Positions 10,266 to 19,761 of a stretch of 64,000 nucleotides of DNA are shown one piece after another. Every line of letters begins with the position of its first letter. The first letter of the stretch is position 1. The position numbers and the translations under genes were made by a program. The DNA is from an uncultured Candidatus Saccharibacteria bacterium. Lineage in GTDB: Bacteria; Patescibacteriota; Minisyncoccia; Phycocordibacterales; UBA918. Below the pieces are notes generated by a model. The model did not search any database, had not been told where the DNA came from, and saw only the letters and a program-made list of their open reading frames with translations. The stretch spans positions 208,621-272,620 of the forward strand of contig CAYGJY010000001.1 in the NCBI GenBank assembly GCA_964350645.1, written 5' to 3'.

Positions 10266-10355
10266 ATCTCTAAATCACAGTTGATTCGACCAATGAGGCT
10301 TGTAGTATGAGATAATACTAGGTATAACTATGTGGTCTATTTTTAGCCAATCTAC

Positions 10356-11921
10356 ATGATTTCCAAGCCATTACAGCAGTTGGTTGCATCCTTCTCACAA
10401 AGCCCTGCTCAGACTGATTGGTCTGAGTATACCGGTCCGCGCTTTGTGACCAACAAGCTAACGATCTCTGTTGGTTCGTTTTACGAGCGTATGCGGTATG
10501 CAGTAGATTACCAAGAAGAACACGTGCTGCGTCGGGCGGCTATCGAACGCATTATTCGACGCTTAGTGATGTTTACCTCAATGTCTGGTTGTGGACGGAC
10601 AGTACTTGAAGAACTCGTGCAAGCACGCTATGTCGAAAATGATTCAGTACCCGAAACCTTTGCTGATGACATTCAACTGATTTTAAATAAATATCAGGCT
10701 CTGTCAGAGCTGATTGAAAATGGCAATAAAGATATCCTTTGGTCATTTGCAGCGGTAGAGATTGAGCGGCATTTGTTCCCGGCCGTTATTGATGAGCGCA
10801 CCTTCACTGCTTTATTCCAGTCTGTGGTTGAGTACTTTAAGCCAAAAGAGCAAAACCTCATGAGCGACGCTGATTTCAATCTACGCGTGTACGTTGCCTG
10901 TCGGCGGATTTTCTTGCTTGAATCGCACGCAGCGCTCAATTTTGCGCTGTTTCGGATCATGGTGCCAGAGTGGAAACAAAGCCTTGGTCAGCCAGAGGAA
11001 GTGCTTCGCTCGGTAGCTGCACGATTTGAAAAAATTCAAGCTGAAGCTGATGTACTGATGAACGATCCAACACACTGGAAAATCACTTTTAGATTGAAAA
11101 ATGAAAGTATCTATTTTTCACTGATAAACGATATCGTTCGACGTTATGGCTCTACCTCAGAGACAGTGTTAGGTGATCCTGAACGCCTGAAGAGTGCCAT
11201 TATCCCGTTTCTGGAGCGCGCTTACGATACACATAAAGAAAAAATCAGTCACAGTGGTACACGAGCGATTATTTATGTGTTCATCACAAAGATTGTGATT
11301 GGGTTATCGATTGAGCTACCGTATGAGATCTTTATTCTCGGTGAGATCAACTATTATGCGCTTGGAGTTAATATTCTCTTCTTTCCGCTTCTTCTTATTG
11401 CGATGACTAAGACAGTGAAGTATCCAGGTGTCCAAAATACTGATGCGATCGTGCGCGGATTGCAGTCATATATTGAGGGTGATTTTCCGCAAACGCGTTT
11501 TATTACGCTAAAGACTCGGTCAGCTTTTCAGACCTTCATGAACACCATCTTCACGTTACTGTTTTTCTCTCTAACCTTTGGAGTGATTGTATACGTGCTT
11601 AATCTGCTGCACTTCAATATTGTTAGTATTGGCCTCTTCTTGTTCTTCCTTTGTATTGTGACCTATATGGGCTTGCGCATTCGCCACAAAGCACGAGAGT
11701 GGACTCTCGAAGATGAGGATGAATCTTTTGGTGGTTTACTCTGGTTCTTGCTCGTTGTGCCGGTTACGCGGACTGGTCGCTATATCTCAGAACAGCTTTC
11801 GAACGTGAATATCTTTGTCTTCATCATGGACTTCATTTTAGAGACACCATTTAAGATGATCCTCGGCTCGTTTGACTCGTTTGTGTCGTATGTTCGCGAA
11901 GCAAGACGAGATGGATTTTAA
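10356..11921 (+). CDS. hypothetical polytopic membrane protein
   Basis: 521 aa; soluble N-terminal half; at least 5 hydrophobic helices in the C-terminal half. Confidence 0.5.
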   Translation: MISKPLQQLVASFSQSPAQTDWSEYTGPRFVTNKLTISVGSFYERMRYAVDYQEEHVLRRAAIERIIRRLVMFTSMSGCGRTVLEELVQARYVENDSVPETFADDIQLILNKYQALSELIENGNKDILWSFAAVEIERHLFPAVIDERTFTALFQSVVEYFKPKEQNLMSDADFNLRVYVACRRIFLLESHAALNFALFRIMVPEWKQSLGQPEEVLRSVAARFEKIQAEADVLMNDPTHWKITFRLKNESIYFSLINDIVRRYGSTSETVLGDPERLKSAIIPFLERAYDTHKEKISHSGTRAIIYVFITKIVIGLSIELPYEIFILGEINYYALGVNILFFPLLLIAMTKTVKYPGVQNTDAIVRGLQSYIEGDFPQTRFITLKTRSAFQTFMNTIFTLLFFSLTFGVIVYVLNLLHFNIVSIGLFLFFLCIVTYMGLRIRHKAREWTLEDEDESFGGLLWFLLVVPVTRTGRYISEQLSNVNIFVFIMDFILETPFKMILGSFDSFVSYVREARRDGF

Positions 11922-11941
11922 TTAAAATTTTGAAAAACAAA

Positions 11942-11973
11942 ATGCGGTCGTTTTACGACCGCATGTTGTTTTG
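11942..11973. terminator. bidirectional rho-independent terminator
   Basis: atgcggtcgt/acgaccgcat perfect stem flanked by an A-run and a T-run, between convergent genes. Confidence 0.8.
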
Positions 11974-11975
11974 AT

Positions 11976-13475
11976 TTAAAACTCTTCGAGATATCGGACT
12001 TCTGCTCCTAGGCTGGTAAGGCGGTCTACCAAATTTTCGTAGCCGCGGTTGATGCTGTAGATGTTGCGTAAGACTGAGGTACCTTTAGCACCGAGCATAC
12101 CGATCAGAAGAATCGTTGCCGGTCGCAAGGCTGGTGGACAGATCATTTCGTTGGCATGCAGGGGTGTTGGCCCAGTGATGTAAATCCGGTGTGGATCAGC
12201 TAGCATTGTCTCGGCTCCAAGTTTGTCGAGCTCGGTGAAGTAGATAGCCCGTTTTTCGTAGACCCAGTCGTGGATCAGAGTTGCACCGGTGGCCTGGGTG
12301 GCGATTACTGCAAAGAAAGGCAGGTTGTCAATATTGAGGCCAGGGTAAGGGCGAGCGTAAATTTTCTCAGTCAGGGCTGTAAGTTTTGAGGGTTTGGTTT
12401 TGATATCAATCAGTCGGGTCAAGCCGTTGTGTGACAAATACTCTTTACTTTTTGTGTATTGGAAGCCCATTTTCTCCAGTTTCAAGAGTTCCAGTTCGAG
12501 GAAATCAATTGGACAACGGGTGATAGTTAGTGCTGAATTAGTCAGAATTGAAGCTGCTAAGAAGAACATGGAGTCAGTTGGGTCTTCTGACAAAGTGTAC
12601 TCGAGGTCGGTCTTTATTTGTTTTACGCCAGTTACGGTGAGGGTAGTAGTACCCACACCTTCAATGGTGACGCCACAAATGCGTAAGAAAGCACAGAGTT
12701 CCTGCACCATGTAGTTACTTGAAGCGTATTTGATGACAGTTGTACAGCCTGAGAGAGCGGCAGCCATGAGAGCATTCTCTGTTACGGTGTCGCCTGACTC
12801 GTAGAGAATAATTTCGGCCGGACACTTTGGTGCCATGTTGATTTTGAAGGCATCTGCGGTAGTGGTGATCCCGACGCCAAAATGCTCAAGGGCATAAAAG
12901 TGGGGGCGCACGGTACGGCTTCCAAGCTTGCAGCCACCAGACTGTGGTAGTGAAAACTGACGTAAGTGATGGATTAGTGGTCCAATAAACATCACAATAC
13001 TGCGGGTCTTCCGGGCCGCTTCAACATCAATTTTAGACAAATCAAATTTTTTTGGCGGTGTGATGATGACGTCGCTATCCTGCCACTCGATTTTCACACC
13101 GATACTCTCAAGCACTTCAATTAGTCGATGCACCTCTTCGATTCGCGGCATATGACGGAGTGTTGTTGTGCCTTTGTTTAAGAGTGAAGCGCAAAGGAGT
13201 ACGACGGCGCCGTTTTTTGAGGTGTTGGTTTGAATCGTTCCAGATAGTTTTTTACCGCCAATGATCTCGAGGTTCATGGAGCCAGGGTTTGGGGAGAGGA
13301 GGTTTTTGTTGAGTACTTTACTGATTTTACGCACCATATCGGTCGAGACGTTTTGTTTGCCGCTTTCGAGTCGTGCGACGGCACTTTGTGTTGTATTCAG
13401 CTTTTTTGCTAACGCAGCTTGGGTCATCTGCATACTCTCGCGCACAATGGCGATACGTTTTCCAATGTTTTCCAT
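11976..13475 (-). CDS. murA: UDP-N-acetylglucosamine 1-carboxyvinyltransferase fused to an N-terminal XRE-family HTH domain
   Basis: Residues 1-60 are an XRE HTH (MTQAALAKKLNTTQSAVARLESGKQN); the rest is full-length MurA with the catalytic Cys in GGCKLGSRTV and a NRGYENL C-terminus; ATG at 13475, whereas the ORF-track 13484 start is TTG. Confidence 0.75.
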   Translation of the reverse strand: MENIGKRIAIVRESMQMTQAALAKKLNTTQSAVARLESGKQNVSTDMVRKISKVLNKNLLSPNPGSMNLEIIGGKKLSGTIQTNTSKNGAVVLLCASLLNKGTTTLRHMPRIEEVHRLIEVLESIGVKIEWQDSDVIITPPKKFDLSKIDVEAARKTRSIVMFIGPLIHHLRQFSLPQSGGCKLGSRTVRPHFYALEHFGVGITTTADAFKINMAPKCPAEIILYESGDTVTENALMAAALSGCTTVIKYASSNYMVQELCAFLRICGVTIEGVGTTTLTVTGVKQIKTDLEYTLSEDPTDSMFFLAASILTNSALTITRCPIDFLELELLKLEKMGFQYTKSKEYLSHNGLTRLIDIKTKPSKLTALTEKIYARPYPGLNIDNLPFFAVIATQATGATLIHDWVYEKRAIYFTELDKLGAETMLADPHRIYITGPTPLHANEMICPPALRPATILLIGMLGAKGTSVLRNIYSINRGYENLVDRLTSLGAEVRYLEEF

Positions 13476-13486
13476 ATGCGCCAAAT

Positions 13487-13502
13487 ATAGCAGATATGCT
13501 AT
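13487..13502. promoter_or_regulatory. near-perfect 16-bp palindrome (ATAGCAGATATGCTAT) in the murA/mreB divergent region
   Basis: Read directly; 12 nt upstream of the HTH-murA ATG; candidate operator. Confidence 0.45.
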
Positions 13503-13549
13503 GTTTATTCAATTTGTGTATTGTGCAGAATCCGCTACACTAGTCCGAC

Positions 13550-14563
13550 ATGAGGCGTTCATTTATCCCCAAAGTTGGTATTGATTTAGGTACCACTAAT
13601 GTATTGGTATTTATTCCGGGAGAGGGAATAGTTCTGAATGAGCCGTCAGTGGTTGCAGTTTCAAATGACAGTCAAGTCCTTGCGGTTGGAACTGAGGCTA
13701 AGCGTATGATTGGCCGCACGCCTGATAGTATTCGAGCCTATCGCCCTATGAAAGATGGCGTTATTGCCGACTATCGAGTGACTGAAGCTATGCTCCGATA
13801 TTTTCTCAGGAAAGCATTGCCACGATTTAATATTCTAAAACCAGAAGTGATGGTTTCGGTGCCGGCTGGTGTGAGTTCGACCGAAAAACGAGCAGTGGTA
13901 GAGGCGGCGATCAAAGCTGGTGCTCGCAATGCGTACGTTGTGAAGGAGCCGATTTTAGCAGCGATTGGCGCCGGTGTGCCGATTTATGAACCACAAGGTC
14001 ATATGATCGTTGATATAGGTGGGGGAACGATCGATGTGGCGGTAATTAGTCTAGGCGGAATTGTAGCTGCCAACTCAGTGAAGTGTGCTGGTAACAAGAT
14101 AGATGCAGCGATCATTGATTATATTAAGAAGACGCGGAATTTATCGATTGGTGAGAAGACAGCTGAGGAAGTGAAGATCACCATCGGTTCAGCTTTGCCG
14201 CTTGAAGAAGAATTGGTTATGGATATTAAAGGACGCGATCTACTGTCTGGCCTGCCACGCACGACTGAGGTGCGGACAAATGAGATTGTTCGAGCAATTA
14301 CTCGTGAGTTGCGTGACATGGTGAAGGCAATTAAAGATGTGTTTCAAGATACACCACCTGAACTTGCAGCAGATATTATTGATGACGGGATTATTATGAC
14401 CGGAGGGACTTCACAGTTACGCAATTTCCCTGAGTTGATCAAGCGTCGTACGGGAGTAAAAGCGAAGCTCGCTGACCAGGCACTCTTTTGTGTTGCTAAA
14501 GGTACCGGGATTGCTCTTGAGCACCTCGATACCTATAAGCGCACAGTGATGACGAAGCGGTAG
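13550..14563 (+). CDS. mreB: rod shape-determining protein MreB (paralog 1, detached from mreCD)
   Basis: Actin-fold phosphate-1 motif VGIDLGTTNVLV and full MreB colinearity. Confidence 0.85.
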   Translation: MRRSFIPKVGIDLGTTNVLVFIPGEGIVLNEPSVVAVSNDSQVLAVGTEAKRMIGRTPDSIRAYRPMKDGVIADYRVTEAMLRYFLRKALPRFNILKPEVMVSVPAGVSSTEKRAVVEAAIKAGARNAYVVKEPILAAIGAGVPIYEPQGHMIVDIGGGTIDVAVISLGGIVAANSVKCAGNKIDAAIIDYIKKTRNLSIGEKTAEEVKITIGSALPLEEELVMDIKGRDLLSGLPRTTEVRTNEIVRAITRELRDMVKAIKDVFQDTPPELAADIIDDGIIMTGGTSQLRNFPELIKRRTGVKAKLADQALFCVAKGTGIALEHLDTYKRTVMTKR

Positions 14564-14578
14564 TTGTATGAGAAGTAA

Positions 14579-14610
14579 AGCGCGACGGGGGATTTATCCC
14601 CCGCCGCGCT
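14579..14610. other. GC-rich 13-bp-stem hairpin between mreB and the ATPase gene
   Basis: agcgcgacggggga-ttta-tcccccgccgcgct, with no clear U-tract. Confidence 0.5.
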
Positions 14611-14647
14611 TTACCGTGCCGTCCTAAAGAGCGGTACTATATAAGTA

Positions 14648-17425
14648 ATGCAGGAAACTGCTCCGAAACAGTTCTCTTCACCGGAAGAAGAAATCGCTTT
14701 TTTGCGTGAACAAATCGCTTCTAAAGAACGCGAACTACTTAATCGTGCTCCAGAGGCAGATGCACTGGAGTTCGAGACTGTGGCCAAGCAGGAGCTGCAC
14801 GAATACGGCACCTTCACTCCTAAAACAATCTTGAGCCAAGAACATCAAATGCTTCAAGAGGAAGTGGCTCACGCAGCGGCTAAAGTTGAAGTGTCCACCA
14901 ACCAACTCGACGAGATTATGCAGGTGGCCTTAGAAAAGGGAATACACAACGCTTTATCAGTAGTTGAAAAATGTAATGACCCACATTTGACCGATGAAGT
15001 GCATCGGCAGTTGATTGAACATATTAAGTCTGGTAAGCACGTTCAGGATTTAAAAGAAGATGTCCCGCCTTGGCATATTTTGCATATGAGTTTGTTCGAG
15101 GTGCAGTTGCCTGAATTTGTTGAATCCAATGGTAAAGAGTTAGCGCTGAGTGAAATGATGTCGATGATGTCACAGTTTTACGCGGGTATGCAGACGATTG
15201 GTCAGAATAAACGAGCGGAACACTATGTCCTTGAGGTGGCTGTTGAAGAAGATAGTGACGAGATTGTATTTTACGTTGCTGTCCCGAATCAATATATTGA
15301 TCTGTTTGAAAAACAAATCCTCTCTCTTTTTCATAATGCAGTCCTGATTGAGCGACAGCATGACTATAATATTTTTGATGATCACAGCGTAGCGCTCGCT
15401 TCTATTGCTAAGTTGCGTAAGCATCCGGTGTATCCACTGAAGACGGCCGACAAATTCGAAGCTGATCCTCTAACTGTCGTGTTGAACGCATTCTCAAAGA
15501 TTGAAAAAAAGGGTGGTGGAGCATCACTCCAGATTTGTATCAAGACGCCACCAGCCCGCTATCACCACGACTACGAGCAAGTCATGGATCGGATCAACGA
15601 CGGGATGTCGCCTCGGGATTCAATTAAGCGGATTTCATTGGCAGGCGATTTGTTCCATGCCTTTAAGGATATTGTTCTCAATAAAGATAGCGATGAACAC
15701 AAGACAATGTCGCAAGAGTACAGTGAGGATGTGGAGTTTATTAAGCAAAAAATTGAGTCACAGATTGTTGATACTAATATTCGTCTGGCGGTGGCTGCAT
15801 CATCAAAACAAAAAGCTAACCAAATTCTCGATGAGATAGAGGCGAGTTTCCATCAATTCGAAAATACCCACGCAAACAGTTTGAAATTTGAACGACCAAC
15901 GGGCACTAAACTGAAAGCTGCTTTGAAAGCCTATTCATTTCGTGAATTCAAAAAAAGCGAAGTGTTGCCGCTGTCTCTCAATGAATTAACCGGGTTACTT
16001 CATTTTCCAGGTCGAGGGATTGCGTCATCACCGCAGTTCCGACAGTCACGCTCTAAGACTGCCGCTGCACCAAGTGAGATGCCGCAGCTTGGTACATTGC
16101 TTGGAATCAATGATCACCGTGGTGTTAAGAAAGAAATTTACGTCACACCAGAAGATCGTCTGCGTCACTTCTACATCATTGGACAGACCGGTACCGGTAA
16201 GACCACCTTGATGAAAAATATGATCGTGCAAGATATCCAAGAGGGGGCAGGTGTGTGCATGATTGATCCACATGGTACTGATATTGAAGATGTGCTTGGG
16301 TCAGTACCGCCGGAGCGAGAGCAGGATGTTATTTACTTTGATCCTTCCAATCTCGATCGGGTGATTGGTCTCAATATGCTTGAGTACGACCGCAATAAGC
16401 CCGAACAGAAAACCTTCGTCGTTAACGAACTCTTTTCAATTTTCCAAAAACTCTACGGAGCAAACCCGGAATCAATGGGGCCGATGTTTGAACAATACTT
16501 CCGTAATGCAACGCTCTTGGTGATGGATGACCCTGACAGTGGTAATACCCTGATGGATATTTCTCGGGTGATGGCAGATGCAAAATATCGTCGAATGAAA
16601 CTTGAAAAAGCGACCAACCCGGTTGTGGTGCAATTCTGGCGTGAGATTGCGACCAAGGCTGGCGGGGAGGCTAGTCTCGAGAATATCGTGCCGTACATTG
16701 TGTCGAAGTTTGATGTATTCACTGCCAACGATTACATGCGCCCGATTATTGGTCAGCAACATAGTGCCTTTAATTTCCGCGAGATTATGGATCAAAAGAA
16801 AATTCTGCTGGTGAATTTATCTAAGGGACGGCTCGGGGAGATTAACGCCAACCTCATTGGTATGATTATTGTCGGCAAGCTTTTGATGGCGGCTCTTTCT
16901 CGGGTGGATGATTCAACCAAGGGCTTCCCACCGTTTTATCTGCATATGGACGAGTTTCAAAATGTCTCAACGCCGTCGATCTCAGCTATTTTGTCAGAAG
17001 CTCGTAAGTATAAACTTGGCCTCACGATTGCTCACCAATTCATCGCTCAGCTTGATGAAAAAATTAAAGATTCGGTTTTTGGTAACGTTGGTTCAATGGC
17101 GACGTTTCGGGTTGGGCCTGAAGATGCTAAATTCCTCGAACAGCAATACGAACCAACCTTCACTGACAGTGATCTGATGAACGTACCAAATCGCAATGCA
17201 TTCATGCGTATCTTGGCTAATGGTTCACCAACTAAGCCATTTAGTATGGCGACCATGGCACCGGCTGAGATCGATCTGGCTCGGGTACAGGAACTCGTGA
17301 CTGCCAGTGGTTTGATATATGGACGACCTCGGGCAGAGATTGAAGCAGAAATCGCTGAGCGCTACAAAAAAGAAGAGCCGAAAGCTTCAGACGGCGACGG
17401 TCTTTTAGGCGGATTTAGTTTATAG
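14648..17425 (+). CDS. VirD4/TraG/HerA-like P-loop NTPase with a 450-aa soluble N-terminal extension
   Basis: Walker A IIGQTGTGKTT, Walker B-like YLHMDEFQN, and TIAHQF; no N-terminal TM anchors. Confidence 0.6.
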   Translation: MQETAPKQFSSPEEEIAFLREQIASKERELLNRAPEADALEFETVAKQELHEYGTFTPKTILSQEHQMLQEEVAHAAAKVEVSTNQLDEIMQVALEKGIHNALSVVEKCNDPHLTDEVHRQLIEHIKSGKHVQDLKEDVPPWHILHMSLFEVQLPEFVESNGKELALSEMMSMMSQFYAGMQTIGQNKRAEHYVLEVAVEEDSDEIVFYVAVPNQYIDLFEKQILSLFHNAVLIERQHDYNIFDDHSVALASIAKLRKHPVYPLKTADKFEADPLTVVLNAFSKIEKKGGGASLQICIKTPPARYHHDYEQVMDRINDGMSPRDSIKRISLAGDLFHAFKDIVLNKDSDEHKTMSQEYSEDVEFIKQKIESQIVDTNIRLAVAASSKQKANQILDEIEASFHQFENTHANSLKFERPTGTKLKAALKAYSFREFKKSEVLPLSLNELTGLLHFPGRGIASSPQFRQSRSKTAAAPSEMPQLGTLLGINDHRGVKKEIYVTPEDRLRHFYIIGQTGTGKTTLMKNMIVQDIQEGAGVCMIDPHGTDIEDVLGSVPPEREQDVIYFDPSNLDRVIGLNMLEYDRNKPEQKTFVVNELFSIFQKLYGANPESMGPMFEQYFRNATLLVMDDPDSGNTLMDISRVMADAKYRRMKLEKATNPVVVQFWREIATKAGGEASLENIVPYIVSKFDVFTANDYMRPIIGQQHSAFNFREIMDQKKILLVNLSKGRLGEINANLIGMIIVGKLLMAALSRVDDSTKGFPPFYLHMDEFQNVSTPSISAILSEARKYKLGLTIAHQFIAQLDEKIKDSVFGNVGSMATFRVGPEDAKFLEQQYEPTFTDSDLMNVPNRNAFMRILANGSPTKPFSMATMAPAEIDLARVQELVTASGLIYGRPRAEIEAEIAERYKKEEPKASDGDGLLGGFSL

Positions 17426-17433
17426 TTTAGTGT

Positions 17434-19722
17434 ATGCCAAGGGAAAACGAACTTCATAGAGGCAATCAAGAGCGTGAACGATCGGATTACTCTATCGATG
17501 AAATGAAGAACATGATGCCGTATGACGAATTTTTCTGCTGGGTAGAAGAGGGGGACAGTAATGCTTTAAAGTACGGCGAAACCAATAATCAGTTTCGTAC
17601 ACCAGAGAACTTACGAGTGTATCTCACAGCTGCTTTTGGTCAGTTTATAAATAAACCAGAGGACGTTTATATTATAAGAAATGGTATCGCAACAGTCGAC
17701 GCTATTTTGCAAGGGCATAGAAATGCAGTAACCCAGAACGACAGAGACGTAATTAATGAGGCTGCGATGCGTCGATTGCAAGAATTTTGCCTGGAATTTG
17801 GCATTGTTGCTGAAGGATCTGAGGCAGTGGAAAACACACCAACCATTCCCGAGATACCAAAAGAGCCAGAAACGATTTCTCTCAAGGATTTTCAGTCAAT
17901 AGTTGAAGAAACAATTTGGAATATTGCTGTTGAAGAAGGTGGTCAGATAGATTTAAAACACCTGTCACAAACTCCGCTGTTTGTAAGACAAAAGGAAGCA
18001 CATCTAAACATTTTACAAGGTTTACTAAAACTTGGTGTCATTTCTTCCGTTGACCAGCCCGAAATCAATGCTGATGTTTTAGAAAAATTCAATACGAGAC
18101 TGGTAACTGAGTATTCCGAAAAAGATTCGTCACTCGAGGATGCATTGATAGAGATGACAGGAATTCAAGATGAGACAACTGTTCAGGCGGCTCATTCTGC
18201 CTGGCAAGAGTATTTTGCACAGTATTCTCACACACTCGAAGGTATTAATGGGCATATAGAAAAACACGCTGTGAACGTGGGTGCTGTGCGGTTTGAAGGA
18301 GAACCATACGTTAAAGACTGGGCTGATAAAGGTGAAATTGATGCGTTGCTACAATTTTATAAAACCAAAAAGAAAGAGGTAGTAAATAGAGCTAAACCAC
18401 AGAATATAGCAGTCTTTAAAAAAGGTACTCGGGTAGCCGGCATGGTAAAGAAAGTCGAAATGAATTTTGCCGACATTTCTTCAATTGAACCAGGTGCAAC
18501 TACTGAAGCTCGTCTAAAGCGTCTGTTTGGCAGTACTAATGAGTTGCTCAATGCTATAAGTATTGAATTTGAGAATCGAAAAGAAACTACAGCAGCTGTA
18601 AAAGAGATTTCAGATGAAACAGGAGACTTTACTGAAGCGTTTGATTTGCAAGTGAATCCTGAAACAAAAATCGGTGCCATTTATAAGCGGATGCGCGAGC
18701 TGCGTAAGCAAGTCAAGGTAGCGGCAGATACACTAGATATTGATACCTATTCTAAAGGAGCTAAGCGAATGAACAACAATGCATTGGATGGTATTAGATC
18801 TTTCCGAAAGAACTATGCTGAGCTGGCTGACTATTTAGCACATCGTGCAGCGGAATCTAATGATCGACAATTTGGACCACGAGAGACACCGCAATTTTCT
18901 GATGAACAAGTGGCGGAAATTCAAAAACGTTTAAATAAGCTGTTCGAATATGGTCAGCGTGTCATCGATGATGTTGATACAAAACTTGATAACCAAGCTC
19001 TTTCTGGTAGTTATGAACATTTCGTGTCTACATTTGATGATATCGAGGAAGACACTGGATCACCTTTTATTCCATATCAAGAAGAGTCTCAGGCGGAGAC
19101 AATCCCAAAAAATTCTGCCGAGATGCCGACCGCCAAGACGTTTGATGAGCAAAGGTTGTCACTACAATTACTTAACAACGAGCTATCTACTGTCTATGGG
19201 ACAGAAGTTGATTTTGAAAAAAAGATTGGTCCGCTATACCAAAAACAAACAAAAAGTTTTGGTCGCCAAGGGTCCAGTATTGCAGAGATGGATGTAAGAA
19301 CGTTTTTGAAGAAAAACTCGCCAGCTGATCCACTTGCTCAACTTATCCGCAAGTGGGAGCGCCAGACAGGTATTAATCCAGAGCAGGCAATAAGTGGTCG
19401 CTATGGAGGCTATACAACCCAGTCAGTAGAAGGATATTTACGAACAGCAGCTGGAGATATTACGTTAAGAGAAAGTGAAAATTTGAAGAGTGAAGGTTCA
19501 CAGCTAAAAATGAAAACAGCCGCTGAAGAGTTCAAAAAAATAAAAGTACCACCACTTATAAAAGAGAAGAAGAGGGATGTTGATTCAGAGGAATGGAGGA
19601 AAGAAGTTACAGTTCCTGCAGGAGTAAAAAATACTACTGCCTTTGCCTTAGGGAGGTTTGCAGCATTTGGTGCTAGTAAGATTCGTAATGCAGTAAAAAA
19701 TATTTTTGGTCGGACTAACTAA
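17434..19722 (+). CDS. hypothetical large acidic protein
   Basis: 762 aa, 8 nt after the ATPase gene; no motif recognised. Confidence 0.45.
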   Translation: MPRENELHRGNQERERSDYSIDEMKNMMPYDEFFCWVEEGDSNALKYGETNNQFRTPENLRVYLTAAFGQFINKPEDVYIIRNGIATVDAILQGHRNAVTQNDRDVINEAAMRRLQEFCLEFGIVAEGSEAVENTPTIPEIPKEPETISLKDFQSIVEETIWNIAVEEGGQIDLKHLSQTPLFVRQKEAHLNILQGLLKLGVISSVDQPEINADVLEKFNTRLVTEYSEKDSSLEDALIEMTGIQDETTVQAAHSAWQEYFAQYSHTLEGINGHIEKHAVNVGAVRFEGEPYVKDWADKGEIDALLQFYKTKKKEVVNRAKPQNIAVFKKGTRVAGMVKKVEMNFADISSIEPGATTEARLKRLFGSTNELLNAISIEFENRKETTAAVKEISDETGDFTEAFDLQVNPETKIGAIYKRMRELRKQVKVAADTLDIDTYSKGAKRMNNNALDGIRSFRKNYAELADYLAHRAAESNDRQFGPRETPQFSDEQVAEIQKRLNKLFEYGQRVIDDVDTKLDNQALSGSYEHFVSTFDDIEEDTGSPFIPYQEESQAETIPKNSAEMPTAKTFDEQRLSLQLLNNELSTVYGTEVDFEKKIGPLYQKQTKSFGRQGSSIAEMDVRTFLKKNSPADPLAQLIRKWERQTGINPEQAISGRYGGYTTQSVEGYLRTAAGDITLRESENLKSEGSQLKMKTAAEEFKKIKVPPLIKEKKRDVDSEEWRKEVTVPAGVKNTTAFALGRFAAFGASKIRNAVKNIFGRTN

Positions 19723-19761
19723 AGATACTCACAGTAATACGTACACTATATAAAACCAAAA

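Noticed and set aside
13503-13552. Putative TTGTGT-16-TACACT promoter for mreB that would give an almost leaderless mRNA.
   Set aside because: The hexamers are weak and the TSS would be 2 nt from the ATG. Not asserted without transcript data; the palindrome in the same region is reported instead.
14611-14817. A 68-aa minus-strand ORF overlapping the start of the 925-aa ATPase gene.
   Set aside because: It is antisense to a strongly supported gene start and lies across the GC hairpin; Ser/Ala-rich artefact.
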